This document shows positions 27,270 to 41,629 of a stretch of 64,000 nt of DNA, piece after piece. A model generated the notes under the pieces. That model was not told the DNA's origin. It did no database searches and saw only the letters and a program-made list of their open reading frames with translations. The position numbers and the translations under genes were made by a program. The stretch lies in assembly GCF_006345805.1 (NCBI RefSeq), contig NC_043008.1:31062001-31126000 (forward strand), written 5' to 3'. How positions within the stretch are numbered: position 1 is the stretch's first letter; every line of letters starts with the position of its first letter. The DNA is from Octopus sinensis (Eukaryota).

Positions 27270-27905
27270 TAGATATAGGATCAAGAAAAAAGAGATTAAA
27301 TGTAGTCTTTGAAGATCTGAAAGAAAGACTGCAGACTAAAGCTACAAAAATTAAGAGATATGATCAAAGAATTGAACAATATGAGGTCATTAGATTGGTG
27401 TGGAAGTTGATAACAGGAATAATATCTAATTGTATGTTTGACTTCCTTGAAATGAATGACAAGTTGCCAGTGGAATAGAAGAGATGCAAGAGTCAAAACC
27501 GGGAGACAAAATATCAACTTCTGATAGTTGATTGTAAGAAAAGAGATACTCATCAGGGTGTGGTATCGATCAATTATAAGAAACTTTATGATATGGTACC
27601 CCATTCCTGGAGTTCAGAAAATCCCGAGTTAGTACAAGTGTCTGGTAACATTTTAAATCTTATGAGGAAATCGATTAAGAACTGGAATATAAAGTTGAAA
27701 CATCATGTGGAAAATTTTGGCGGAGGTTAATATCAGGAGAGGGATATTCCAGGAAGATTGTCTGTCACCATTACTGTTCGTGAATTTTATGATCCTCCTC
27801 ACAAAGACAGTACGGAAAGAGACATCAGGGTACACATTGAAAAATGGAGAAAAGTTGAATCAGTTGTTGTGTATGGAAAGCTTAAAGATCTTTGGTAAGA
27901 GATAA
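27270..27905 (+). pseudogene. R4/Dong-like reverse transcriptase fragment with internal deletion
   Basis: RLNVVFEDLKERLQTKATKIKRYDQRIEQY / WKLITGII / YKKLYDMVPHSW / VNIRRGIFQEDCLSPLLFV. Confidence 0.85.
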
Positions 27906-28049
27906 TGTTTAAAGTTTTTGCCCAGTGTATTACATAGGAGTGATTCTGGAAGACTCTTGATTCCATTCTGTTTACATCCTTCGGCGCGGAATTTGTGATT
28001 TATTTCCGTGAAATTCGCTCATTTCTATGTATTTTTAAATTGAAACATG

Positions 28050-30085
28050 GCGTTGTATCGTTCAGCGAAGTCTCAGGAGTGTGAAATTACAAATTGGAAA
28101 AAGTGTGTTGATGTTGCCTTCCACACGTTAGAACAAAGCACCACAACCAGTGCCGAACGAAACCACAGCAATGAAATAATAGCAACAATAATAGCAATGA
28201 AAATGAAAACACCGACAACAAAAATGAGAAAGAAAACAATAAAACGGCAAGTTAAACTGTGGCTTCAACATAACTTAAAGTTCACCTTTACTGTGACCAC
28301 TAGAAAAGTATCACTACAGTAAAAAAAATACTGACACTAAGAGAAGCAATTCTAGCGTTGAAGGGTTCGTCGGCGCTATGCGCCAGGCTGGAACCGTTTA
28401 ATATATGATCTCAAGATTTAAAAAAAGCAAAAAACATTCTTGCGAGATATGGCCAACAAATCATGTTTAAATCTATCAGAATCCATCCAGCAAGAAACCA
28501 AAGGAAATAAAAAATCGAAAAATAGAGTAACGATACAGCAACATATAGACTGGTGCCTCAGAACAATCTGGGACACAAAAATCATACTCTCTTTTGGAAG
28601 AAATACAACTCATCAGATGTGAGATTTCCGATAGAGTATGATTTCCGATAGAGCACTCCACAATAACACTGAAGAGTGAAGAACTGGTACTCATACCAAT
28701 CTACCTTGGCCATATGTTAGTAAGAATAAAGATTGTTGACGTGACCCCAGAAGTAAATATATACTGGTTGGTGGCAGCTGTTCTCTTCTACATAGGGGAT
28801 AAAACTAATATTTTGCGGGTTTAAAGGCTGCAGAAACAAATTTAGTGGGGGCCAAGAGATGCTATTGACCTAAACAGGTCAAGAGATTATACCATTTGTC
28901 CCGGACCTGATGAATCTGCCAAAAGACTCACAACTGAAAGTCAAGAAGTCACTTGTATGATGACACAAACTGTCTCAAAACTCTCCGTCAGCAAAAATAA
29001 AGAAGGAAACCCCAACTTCTGCCCATACAATAACCACAGCAGCATCAGCACCATGAGCAAATCAGCAGCAGGACTAACGGTAGCATGCAGTCACAACAGC
29101 AACCATGATAGTAAGCACAACATTAAAAGCAATAATACGAAAGCAGCAAATATAATATCAGCAACTGTAGGAGTAACAACAATAACAAAAACAACACTAA
29201 AAGTGGACGCAACAGTAACAAAAACAACAAAAGAAACACCGTCCTCAGGAGCCACTACATCACCAAAAGCAGCACAATAACTGAAAGACCTACAAAGAAC
29301 AACAGAACAAAAGACAGTGACCCTCAGTAACTGCTTGTTTTGGACCCCTCAGGCATGTGTGGTGAAGACGACGAGGAAGGGAACAAATAAGTAAAGTAAC
29401 AAATAAAAAAACGGAAAAGAAAAAAGAAACAAACATACCAAAAAATCCTGGGTGGTTTAAACGGCTGGAAAGCTAAGGGGTGTGATAGCACTTACTATCT
29501 CAAGGCTCTCAGTCATCAAAACATGAAAGAAGGTTAAAACGATTCGAATAAATACCTTCCAACTACAACTAACCAAAAGCATCTTCAATGACATCAACAG
29601 CAATAGTTCTATCACTATCATCCCTACCACAAATACAACCAGCATCCCAAACACCATCAAAATTCAATATGCGCCTAAATAAAGGACAACAACAGCAAAG
29701 AAACTTTATAAACTAAATTACAAATAACAAAGAATGAAACACATCCGTCAACACACTGACATTACTCAGAACGTTTTCTGCACCTCAAATGGCATACCAA
29801 CCCACAAAAATCATCCAATCAACACAAAATGTACATTATCATATAAACAAATATTCCGACAGATTTAGGAGACTTCAGAGGGAATATCAATAGGAAAATT
29901 TACGAGGAACTGATTGAGGAAACAACCACAACTAAGCGCACATAATTAATGTAAGTAGGTCTTCTTCATTTTCCCCCTTCAGTCAAACACTGCCTAACTC
30001 AAAATAGGCAGTGTAAATGGGTTCGCCTTGGAATCAGGGCTACCTGCTCAATACCCTCGGGTGACTAGATATTGAGCAGGTAGCC
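28050..30085 (+). mobile_element. Old Tx1-type LINE 5' portion (ORF1 remnant and start of ORF2)
   Basis: EELVLIPIYLGHMLVRIKIVDVTPEVNIYWLVAAV resembles DDLVMIPIYLNQRVTKIQIKNVPPEVETQWLVSAI; KIGSVN..WNQGYLLN at 30.0 kb resembles the ORF2 start KIGCVN..WKQGYLLN. Confidence 0.7.
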
Positions 30086-30099
30086 AAAATTCCCTGTCC

Positions 30100-33000
30100 T
30101 TGAGCTTTCACACCTATTTGTTGAAGACAGAACATTAGTAGAGAAATAGATAATAACGTGTCATAAACTTTACTGCAAAAGATCATATGTAGAAGCAGCA
30201 ACCCTGCAGGAGGTGGAGAAGCTGCTAATGTCGGCCCATTTGTAACGTTCTCAGCATTTGCATGTATCTTCAATCCATATGTAATCTTTCCATGGGCAGT
30301 GATTCGGATCACTCGTCAGGACAAGAGGTTCCTCTGAATCTGATTTTATCACACCTCATATGATCTAACAAATTCTTCGGTATCTCTACCAAAATAAGTT
30401 CACTAAACATTGTTTTCTTCAGAACTCTTTTATTCTTATGTATGTTATGAATCGTGGAAAGAACTTTTGCACGATAACATTCAGGAATAAACATACTTTT
30501 AAGATACATTCTCTTCTGTCAGTTCATATGAATGCTTGGTAGATTTCCGTTCTAAGAGATCTCGTCCAGACCAACATTGCTCAAACTTTTCTCAAACATT
30601 CACCTCTTTACCAGTTCTCCAGTCCACCAACCCGATTTTTCCCTGCATTTGATAGGAGAAATGTATTTATTAACAGAATTATATTAATTTAACATTAGCA
30701 TCTTTGAAATCTTTCGTTCTTGTACTTTGTTTGCAAGTTTCTTGGTGTAAACTTGTGTGGTGCAACAAATTTTGTTGTGTCTTGGGACGGTAATTACGCC
30801 AATATAAAAACACACACTGGTTCGATTTCATTTCTTTATTATTTAGTTGGTTGGTTATTTAATCAACCAACTAATCGATCGCTTGTTCAATCAGCCGGTT
30901 AAACAATCAATCGTTTCTTTATCAAAGTCCTTTCGTTACCATTCGCGATGAACCAGTGTGTGTGTTTTATTGACATAATGACGCTCCCAAGATACAGCAA
31001 AATGCTTTAAAATCAACATTCAGTACAATGTATCAAACAAAATCAATGAGAATAAAGTTAAAGAAATTTTCAACTCAAATCAATTTTTCCGTGCGGAATA
31101 TCCAAACTTCCTACTTGAAATTTCCCATGGGAGTGAAATTTCTACCAGCTTAAGAAATGCGACTCTAGGTCAATCTTTACCAGTAATTCCATTGGCAAAC
31201 ATAAATAGCGCACGGGATAAAATTATTTTATATTATCTTCAGCAGTCTAAATATCAGCAAAATATAAATCATCATTACCCATTACTGAATGTTATGTATT
31301 TGTAAAGAACACAATATCAAAGTAGACTGAATCATACTTCATTCTCCTTAAAGCATCAATATAACTGTTGGTTTTACCAGGCGTGTTAAGATGGGAACAT
31401 TAATATGTTGGATTTTGTCTATTAGATTATGGAGTGGTTTGATCCCATCTTTTGAAATATCCATTCTTAGGAAATCTATGGAAGATGCATAATTAATGCA
31501 TTTGTTTGGATTAATTAATACATTGACTCCTTTCAGTCTAGCGATAATAGCATTTTCTCGATTCTTCAGTTTGCTCTGGATTGCTGCAAAGAAGATAATT
31601 ATACTATTAATTTCATTCATTATAGACTCCATACAATATTGGAAAATGGAGCTGCGTTGTATGAAGCCGTCTGAAATCTATCGACTAAGTAAAGATCATT
31701 GTTTGTATTTATTGCACACACTTTCTCAGAATCTTTATCCGAACTAATCAGATATTACCCATTCTTTATACCAATTCAGGAAAGATATTTGCTTCCTTCA
31801 CATCAGGGAGCATTGTTTCAAGACGAAGAGTTGGATTAGGAAAACTTTGAATCGTGTCATTTAAATATAATTTGTAATCAGTACACATTTCTTAATTTGC
31901 CGTCTTTCTTTTACATATAAATGAGTGGAACACTGTTGGCACCTTCGTATGGGCATGGAGCAATAATTCCCATTATTTCAAGATTGTGAAGCTCGTTTAC
32001 AACCACTATTTATGGGTACTTGCACGGAACGTACTTAACAAATTCTATTTTTATCTGTACCCCAGATAAACAAACTTTAGGTTTATAACTATTTTTTATT
32101 GGAAAATAATCATAAACATAACATGAGGTATTTTTCAGTGTCTAGATCGATTAATATAAAGTAATAGAGGCTATTGAACTACAAGAAAGCCGAATTCTTG
32201 TTTGTTTTCTTTTGTTTTTATTTTAATTATTTTTTAGAGTCAAACAAGGCTGTAGAGTTTCAACTATCTCTTGTTCTGAACCACTATAAGAAATGAAATA
32301 TCAATCAATAAGTTTGATGAGTAATGATAAATTGATGACAGTGATGCTGACATGATAGAAAATATACCCAGTTGTATTTGAACTGTACCCAGTTTTTTTT
32401 TAACTGAATGTCCATTCAGTTTTGTCCTGATGTAAAGTGCTGTCGTGCAATTAACATTCAAAGCTAGTTCCTTGTCGTCGGACTGTTTTGAACTTATACA
32501 CTTAACATTACCATTAAGAATACTCTACATGTCAACTTGATTTGACATGAAGAATTTGCAGAAATAACCAAAATTACCAAATTAAAGTATTTATTACAAG
32601 GTTTCCAACAGTAAATTGTTGTTTACTAAGCTCCTCCTATAAGAGTTCGTGTCAGCAATGCTTGTGCGGTTTAGAAGCTTGCTTTGTAAGCACGTGATTT
32701 TGGATTCAGTCCCACTGCACGGCGCCTTGAGCAAGTATCTTCTTCTACAGCCCTGGGTCGACCCAAAGCCTTGTGAGCAAATTTGGTCGTCGAAGGAAAC
32801 TGTGTAGAAGGGTATCATGGACAAATGTGTGGCTTTGTGTGTCTTTGTGTTTATATTTATATCCCACCCATGCCCACACCCACATCCACTTGACAACTGG
32901 TGTTGATTTGTTTACGGCCCCATAACATGGAAGTTCGGTAAAAGAAACCGAATCTTTAATACCAGACCTTTAATAAAATAAGTATTGGAGTTGATTTGTT

Positions 33001-33470
33001 CCACAAATTTCTTCAAGATAGTGCTCCAACATGGCTGCAGTCCAATGACTGAAACAAGTACAAGCAGAAAAATCGGAATTTGGTTGCATAACTGATCTAA
33101 AAGTAAATATTCGCTGACAAACGAGAATCTTCATTAATGTCTGAACACAAAAGAATCCTTTTATAAACACTAGTTTCTGTTTCTGAGACATCTTTGCAGA
33201 AATTTTGCTTTTAAAAGCAATTGCTTTGGGTCTAGCAAAGTCAATCATTACTTCTCTAAGTTTAAAATCCAAGGATTTTAACTTGTCTGCAAAGAGAATT
33301 CTTCCTGTAATAGAATAATATTTTCAACAGCAAATCTCCGAAGGAAGAACCTTCAGTTGACACAGAATATATGACATTTTTCAATTTGGTAATTTCCATT
33401 AATGGAATATGATGCGAAGAAACTTTTGCTTAACAAATCCAGATTTAACGCCATCCATAATGGAATAAAA
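30100..33470 (-). mobile_element. Heavily decayed Gypsy pol region (protease, RT, integrase zinc-binding remnants)
   Basis: LNGHSVKKKLGT (32.4 kb); KKDGKLR..DYKLYLND (31.9 kb); RLKGVNVLINPNKC..ISKDGIKP (31.5 kb); IPECYRAKVLSTIHNIH (30.45 kb). Confidence 0.65.
32640..33065 (+). mobile_element. Diverged SINE family B inserted in the Gypsy remnant
   Basis: Similarity to 39472-39888. Confidence 0.75.
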
Positions 33471-33710
33471 TATATTACATACAGGTACAAGCATGGATGT
33501 GGAGTTAAGTAGCTCGCCTTGCAACCATGTGGGTTTTGAGTTCAGTCTCACTATGCGGCATCTTGATCAAGTGTCCTTTGTCTGGTTGACAGTAACTGTA
33601 GCCACCCGTGTATATATATATATATATGTGTGTGTGTGTTTGTGTGTGTGTATGTATGTATGTATATATAAAAACATACACACACATACACACACACATA
33701 GATAATGATG

Positions 33711-33793
<83 letters not shown>

Positions 33794-33797
<4 letters not shown>

Positions 33798-33798
33798 T

Positions 33799-33829
<31 letters not shown>

Positions 33830-34122
33830 AACTTTAATAATAGCAACAGCAGCAGCATCAACAACAACAACAACATAGATATAGGATCAAGAAAAAGGAG
33901 ATTAAATGTAGTCTTTGAAGATCTGAAAGAAAGACTGCAGACTAAAGCTACAAAAATTAAGAGATATGATCAAAGAATTGAACAATATGAGGTCATTAGA
34001 TTGGTGTGGAAGTTGATAACAGGAATAATATCTAATTGTATGTTTGACTTCCTTGAAATGAATGACAAGTTGCCAGTGGAATAGAAGAGATGCAAGAGTC
34101 AAAACCGGGAGACAAAATATCA
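33794..34122 (+). repeat. Near-identical duplicate of 27188-27516 (microsatellite flank plus Dong/R4 fragment)
   Basis: Offset 6606 bp; one substitution seen outside the microsatellite. Confidence 0.9.
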
Positions 34123-34123
34123 T

Positions 34124-34191
<68 letters not shown>

Positions 34192-34192
34192 A

Positions 34193-34242
<50 letters not shown>

Positions 34243-34312
34243 GGGAGTATATCCAAACTTACAGGGAAAAATTAGATTTAGGATTAAATCAAATTTCACA
34301 GTATAAATATAA

Positions 34313-34901
<589 letters not shown>

Positions 34902-35209
34902 TACATATATATGTATTAAACTGAGAATATCTGTCTGCGTGAATCCCTAAAACTCGAGAACTACCCAACCGATTTCACTCAAATTTTACACTTGCCTTAC
35001 TTTTAGGGTCCATGCAGTGTATGGGCCAAAATATACAACTTCTTGCCTAATGCAAATCCAGAGCAATCTCTTTTCTCTTACGCTCTTTCAGTATTATGTG
35101 TCAAAAGTGAAACAATAACATCTCTGTTGTAATGTGAGATACTTTCAGTTTAATAGTTTCACTATTGATACTGAAACTATTAAAGTGAAACTATTGTCTC
35201 ATATGTCAC

Positions 35210-35799
<590 letters not shown>

Positions 35800-35800
<1 letters not shown>

Positions 35801-36553
35801 CCATAAATAGTCTTCTTTAATCATTTTACCACTGGAGAAAATTGGAGGGACCCTTTTCTGCAATATGGACGCATATTTATTTAAGTTTATGTTCCCTTCA
35901 CGCGCCACCAGCTCTAACCGACCATTGCTCCAAATTGCTCCCCAGACCATCACAGAAAAGCCACTGTTATTCATCGTTGGCTGCAATCTATTCACGTCAA
36001 ATTCTTGATCACAAGGTCTCCAGATCCATCTCGACCACTGTCAGAAAATACAGCAAATCTGGACTCATCAGAGAATATGACAGTGTCCCATAATGCTAGT
36101 AGCCTTTCCTGCTTGGTTCAAAGAAGTGGCTTCCTTCTTGCTTCTCTGCCATGGTAACCAAGTTTATGGAGATACCTGACAGCCGTTCTGGGACTAACAT
36201 CAACTTGTTCTGCTACGTCATAGGCCTTACAACGAGGATTATCTCCCACATTTCTCTTAACCTGAGCGAGATAATATGGACTCCTTCCCCTCTCTGGTGA
36301 ATTGGAAAATCACACGGGATCCTAAGGTTTTCTGCGATTTTACGCTACGTCAACCTTCAGATTGACCCACAATATGGCCTCTTTGAAATTCAGAGAGTTC
36401 CAAGGCTTCTTTTGTACGTGGCACAATTAAAAAGCCACAAATAGAACCAGAAACATAAAAATGACCATTATTAAAAAATATAAACCTTTTCAGGTTAAAA
36501 TAAACATAAAACGATGTTTTATGGGGTGACCATTTACTTCTGTCACGTTTGTG
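35800..36553 (-). mobile_element. Truncated Tc1-family transposon
   Basis: VIFSDESRF (first catalytic D) and [24 protein letters not shown]; TA-CAC terminus at 36553-36555. Confidence 0.85.
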
Positions 36554-36559
36554 TACATG

Positions 36560-36635
<76 letters not shown>

Positions 36636-36908
36636 TGAATATATATATTAAATATATATATATATTTATAATATATTTATATATTAAATTAAGAAAATAC
36701 ATATATGCAAATATATACATACATCTATATATATATATGTGTGAATATATGTATATATATATATATATGTATGTGTATATACATAAGAGGTCACAAAGTA
36801 TTAAACATACAAGTTTGACCATGCCAATACAAAAGCCTCACCCTCATTCTCAAACTTTTTCTTCTCTCTTCTCCCTTGCTTGGCAAGCCGAGAAATCTAA
36901 CTTTAAAC

Positions 36909-36951
36909 CACTTTTTGATAAAGCCGATAACGGAAGAAAGCGCTTAAATTG
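36909..36951 (+). ncRNA. Degenerate hammerhead-like motif with U3-A8 core
   Basis: CACTTT-TTGATAA-AGCC(GATAAC)GGAA-GAA-AGCGCT-T-AAATTG: stem I 5/6, palindromic stem III, stem II only 2 bp; AATAAA motifs follow. Confidence 0.45.
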
Positions 36952-37113
36952 TAAATAAAATGTAAATAAAAAAATATGTGTATATTCAGTCAAAACTTTG
37001 ACTACCTTACTCTTCTAATTATACATCTGTACATCACTTCAAAAACTACATATATATATATATATATATACCTATATATATATGTGTAGAGAGAGAGTGG
37101 GAGAGAGATTTAT

Positions 37114-37227
<114 letters not shown>

Positions 37228-38249
37228 ATAGATATATATATATATATATATACACGTATATGTATATATACAAGGCTGAAACATAAAAGAATAAAAATAT
37301 CTATGCTACCTATGTTACGAATATCAAAACTACATCCAAAGTGACCAAACTATTTCTGGAATAAAATTATTTACATGACATAATAAGAGATTATTAATAT
37401 GTACTTTGACTACTCAGTTTGATTTACTACTAAAACTCCATCTTGAACAGCAATTGAAAAGTGTGATATCGAGACTGCCTATCGAAGTCGGCTTGAAATG
37501 GTTTCTCTTTGAACGGATGGATATAAATTAAAATAAAATAAAAAGGCAAAACATTTCGTATTACTCGGGAAAAACATTTATCTAAATTAAATTTTTTTCT
37601 AGTGATGTCAAATGTTTTGCTTTCCATTTTTATTTTTATTTATATATATGTATGTGTGTATGTATGTATGTATGTATGTATGTATGTATGTGTAAAAGTC
37701 ACACGCCTACTTATTCATTAATCCACATAAATTTGAAAAAGTTATTCAAGACTCTGAAAGGTTGAATATCAGCGTAAACCGGATCCTGTTCAGATCAATA
37801 TTACTCTTTTCTTATCCTACAAAACCTCTTTTATCCGTAACACTCTCAAAAATGTATGCTACGAAACCTTTTTCTATACAGAAGACTCGAATTAACATGT
37901 AATCCTCTATATTTTTACCTTCTCTCATTTTCTCTTGTTTTACATGTCAATCTTACCTTACGTACACCAATATATTTTCAGACACCAATACGTTTTAATA
38001 CAAAAACATTTATTCAGTGAAAACTTACTTTCATATTTTTAACTTCGCACATATAAATACATAGAAAGAATATTTTACCCTGATGTTAAAAAGTAAAAAT
38101 TGTTTTCATTTAAACACGAAAAAATATCTATATAAAATTTTTGACACATTTTCAACTTTTTTCCGGTATTTTTCATATACATAAATCCTTAAAATCCTTT
38201 AAAATGTTTCAACCCGAAGGCTGCGGCCATGCTGGGGCACCACCGTTAT

Positions 38250-38922
38250 AATTATATATATTCCAAGAAAGTTAGAGGTTGTGAATCCAACCAACTAAGG
38301 AATAATATCTATCCAGTATACTGCTGGTAGAATACCCAATAATTAATACACAAGTGTTTTTTATTGCATTGCAGTTACATTACCGAGTGTACTAAATGGG
38401 TGAAGGTAAAGAGATATTTTACCATTAATTTATAGAGCAATAAGAAAATGGAGGGGATCAATAGGTGGTAGTCATCAACTTTTAGACATCATGTTATGTC
38501 AACTTATCTATTTACTAAAATGACAATTACAAGAATATACATACATGTATAACACCTTATGCTTTACATATAAAAATATATTAATATATAAAGATACCAG
38601 TAATTATTAAAATATAACATACAGGAATATAAATTGGGAAAATAACTTACAGCTTTTTCAGCCAAGAGACAAAAATACCTCTTTCTACCTTTATTCCTCC
38701 TGTAAACTGAAGTAATAAGTAGATGAAATTGAGGTACTTGGGTGTTACTCTAGGCTTCGTCAGAGATTTTATAAAGTACATAAGGTTAAGTTATAAATAA
38801 ATATAAATATAAAATTTTTAAAAAATACACAGACATTTAAATACTTTAAATAATTAAGTTGATATAATATATCTAGAAGTTGATGAACCACCTATTGATC
38901 CCCTCCATTTTCTTATTGCTCT
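38250..38922 (-). mobile_element. Penelope-like pseudo-LTR fragment with partial inverted copy
   Basis: Contains a hammerhead motif; 38434-38481 recurs inverted at 38877-38922, an arrangement typical of PLE insertions. No coding region seen, so PLE identity is inferred. Confidence 0.55.
38639..38770 (-). ncRNA. Type I hammerhead ribozyme with long stem II
   Basis: AAAATCT-CTGACGA-AGCCTAGAG..(97-nt stem II domain)..CTCTTGGCT-GAA-AAAGCTGT-A-AG(TT)ATTTT; GUA triplet. Confidence 0.65.
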
Positions 38923-38963
38923 GTGTGTGTGTGTGTGTGTGCGTGCGTGTGTGTGTGCGTGTG

Positions 38964-39016
<53 letters not shown>

Positions 39017-39471
39017 TAATATGTATAAATATATACATACATGCATAGATACATACATAGATACATGCATACACGCATACATACATACATACATACATAC
39101 ATACATACATACATACATACATACATACATACATACATACATACATACATACATACATACATGTATGTGCAAGAAGAACTTGTTCTTCATGCACTTCTCT
39201 CTCCCTCAATGCATCACTACTGTACGTTCTACCCAGCGTAGAATATTAATAATCCCATCTAATCTCTAGTTCATTTGCGTATAACTACAGAATGCAAAAA
39301 CAATGTACAAATTTCTACTCGAAATATGAAACCCACATTCGAAAAGGGTGGACGTGTATAAAGTATATACCTGGACTTTTGTATATGAGCATGCAATGTA
39401 TATGTATATAAATATATATATACGCACACACACACTTACATATATATGTATACATATATACATATTTACAT

Positions 39472-39888
39472 GAGTGGCTGTGTGGTAAGTAGCTTGCTTA
39501 CCAACCACATGGTTCCGGGTTCAGACCCACTGCGTGGCACCTTGGGCAAGTGTCTTCTACTATGGCCTCGGGTCGACCAAAGCCTTGTGAGTGGATTTGG
39601 TAGACGGAAACTGAAAGAATCCCGTCGTATATATGTATATATATATGTATATGTTTTTATTTGTTTGTGTGTCTATGTTTGCCCCCCCAAAAAAAAACTT
39701 CGCTTGATATCTGATGGTTGTGTGTCTACGTCCCCGTAACTTAGTGGTTCGGCAAAAGAGATGATAGAATAAGTATTAGGCCTCCAAAGAATACGTCCTG
39801 GGGTCGATTTGCTCGACTAAAGGCGGTGTTCCAGCATGGTCGCAGTCAAATGACTGAAACAAGTAAAAGAGTAAAAAGAATAAAAGAG
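39472..39888 (+). mobile_element. SINE family B, full length (tRNA-like head, CORE-like block, GAGTAAAA tail)
   Basis: GAGTGGCTGTGTGGTAAG..GGTTCCGGGTTCAG head; GGCACCTTGGGCAAGTGTC block; many copies in this window. Possibly one of the published octopus OK/OR families (not verified). Confidence 0.9.
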
Positions 39889-39908
39889 CATGTGTGCTTT
39901 TGCGTGTG

Positions 39909-39969
<61 letters not shown>

Positions 39970-40004
39970 CTGTGTGTGGGTGTATGTGTGTGTGTGTGTA
40001 GATG

Positions 40005-40035
<31 letters not shown>

Positions 40036-41108
40036 TTGAAATAATATGCATTATGCTTATTAATATCGTTATGATGTGATATACAAATATATGAATTTAT
40101 TCATAAATATCTAAAGGTGAAAGAGCTTGCATGTCTTTATGTAAGTTACACATATGTGTACATGTGTGTGCGTTTGTGTGTATACATGTGGGTATATGTG
40201 TGTGCTTGCATGTGTGTGTGTGTGTGCGAATGTGCGTGTGTGTGTGTGCGTGTGTGCGTGTGTGTAGGTTTGAAAGAGCAAACGAGGAAACTACAACTCA
40301 ATACATGAGTATATATACTTAATATTTATATTTATATTTACATTCGACCTTTAAATCTCATGCCGAATATAAATAAAAAATGTATCTGCATATATTTATG
40401 TACATATATATGTGTGTGTGTGTGTGTATACACATATATACATGTTTGTGTGCATATATATATATATACATGTATGCATGCACACATACATACACACATA
40501 TATTTATATATTTATAGATAAATGTGTATATGTATATATATATGTGTGTACACATATCTATATATACATGTATAGATATGTATATACATGTATACATGCA
40601 CATATACATACACACATACATGCATATGTTTACATATATATACATATGTAAACATATGTATTATGTGTGAAGTGTGTGTGTATTTATGTGTGTGTGCTTC
40701 TTTAATTTCACAGGACAGCGTGTGAGATGCTTGTCAACGCCTGGCAATAGGTACAAAAGTTTTCATGAACGACGATCAGCATAAAAAAATAGTGGAAGTA
40801 TAATGTAACTAACTGCAAAGTGTTGAAAAAATAGATGGGCAATTAACTTTTCGGACTATAGTACTTCATCAAGGAATATCAAAATTGATCGTAGTGACAA
40901 TTCTCTGCAGCTCTAGGCTTTGCTCTTTTTTTATGAAACAGAAGTGTAGCATTTCGGATAATAACTGACAGACAAAATAAAGCTGGATATTGCTTGTCAG
41001 TAGAAAATTTGTTCCATCCAATAGGGGTATTGACCTTTCCACCAACGTTTATGTTTACGTCGCCAATCTTTACGTTCATGATTTCTTATATCGAGGCTTT
41101 CTTGTATT

Positions 41109-41159
<51 letters not shown>

Positions 41160-41400
41160 CATTATGCTGAGGTTATGTGAGTTGTCCTTTGCTATGAATG
41201 ACCTCTTGCATCTTTTCTAACACTATAACACAGCCACCCCTGAAAGAGAAGGAGAGAACAGTTAACCACATAAACTGAAAATAGATTGTAATATATGTAC
41301 TGCATAGCATTCTTTATTAATTCAACTTGTATATATTTCTCATATATATACCAAAAATTATACTCACGCACATACATACACACAAACATAGATAGAGAGG

Positions 41401-41437
<37 letters not shown>

Positions 41438-41442
41438 CAGAG

Positions 41443-41517
<75 letters not shown>

Positions 41518-41598
41518 GAGATATGTGTGTGTATGTGTATGTGTATATGTATGCATGTACGTATTCATCTGCATGCGATTATGGATATAATATAAATG

Positions 41599-41629
<31 letters not shown>

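Noticed and set aside
34915-35200. Helitron-like non-autonomous repeat
   Set aside because: Resemblance is from memory only; no terminal hairpin or CTRR end could be identified.
40840-40874. Hammerhead-like TTGATGAAGTACTATAGTCCGAAAAGTT on the minus strand
   Set aside because: U3-G8 is uncompensated, stem II has a mismatch, and there is no convincing stem I or III.
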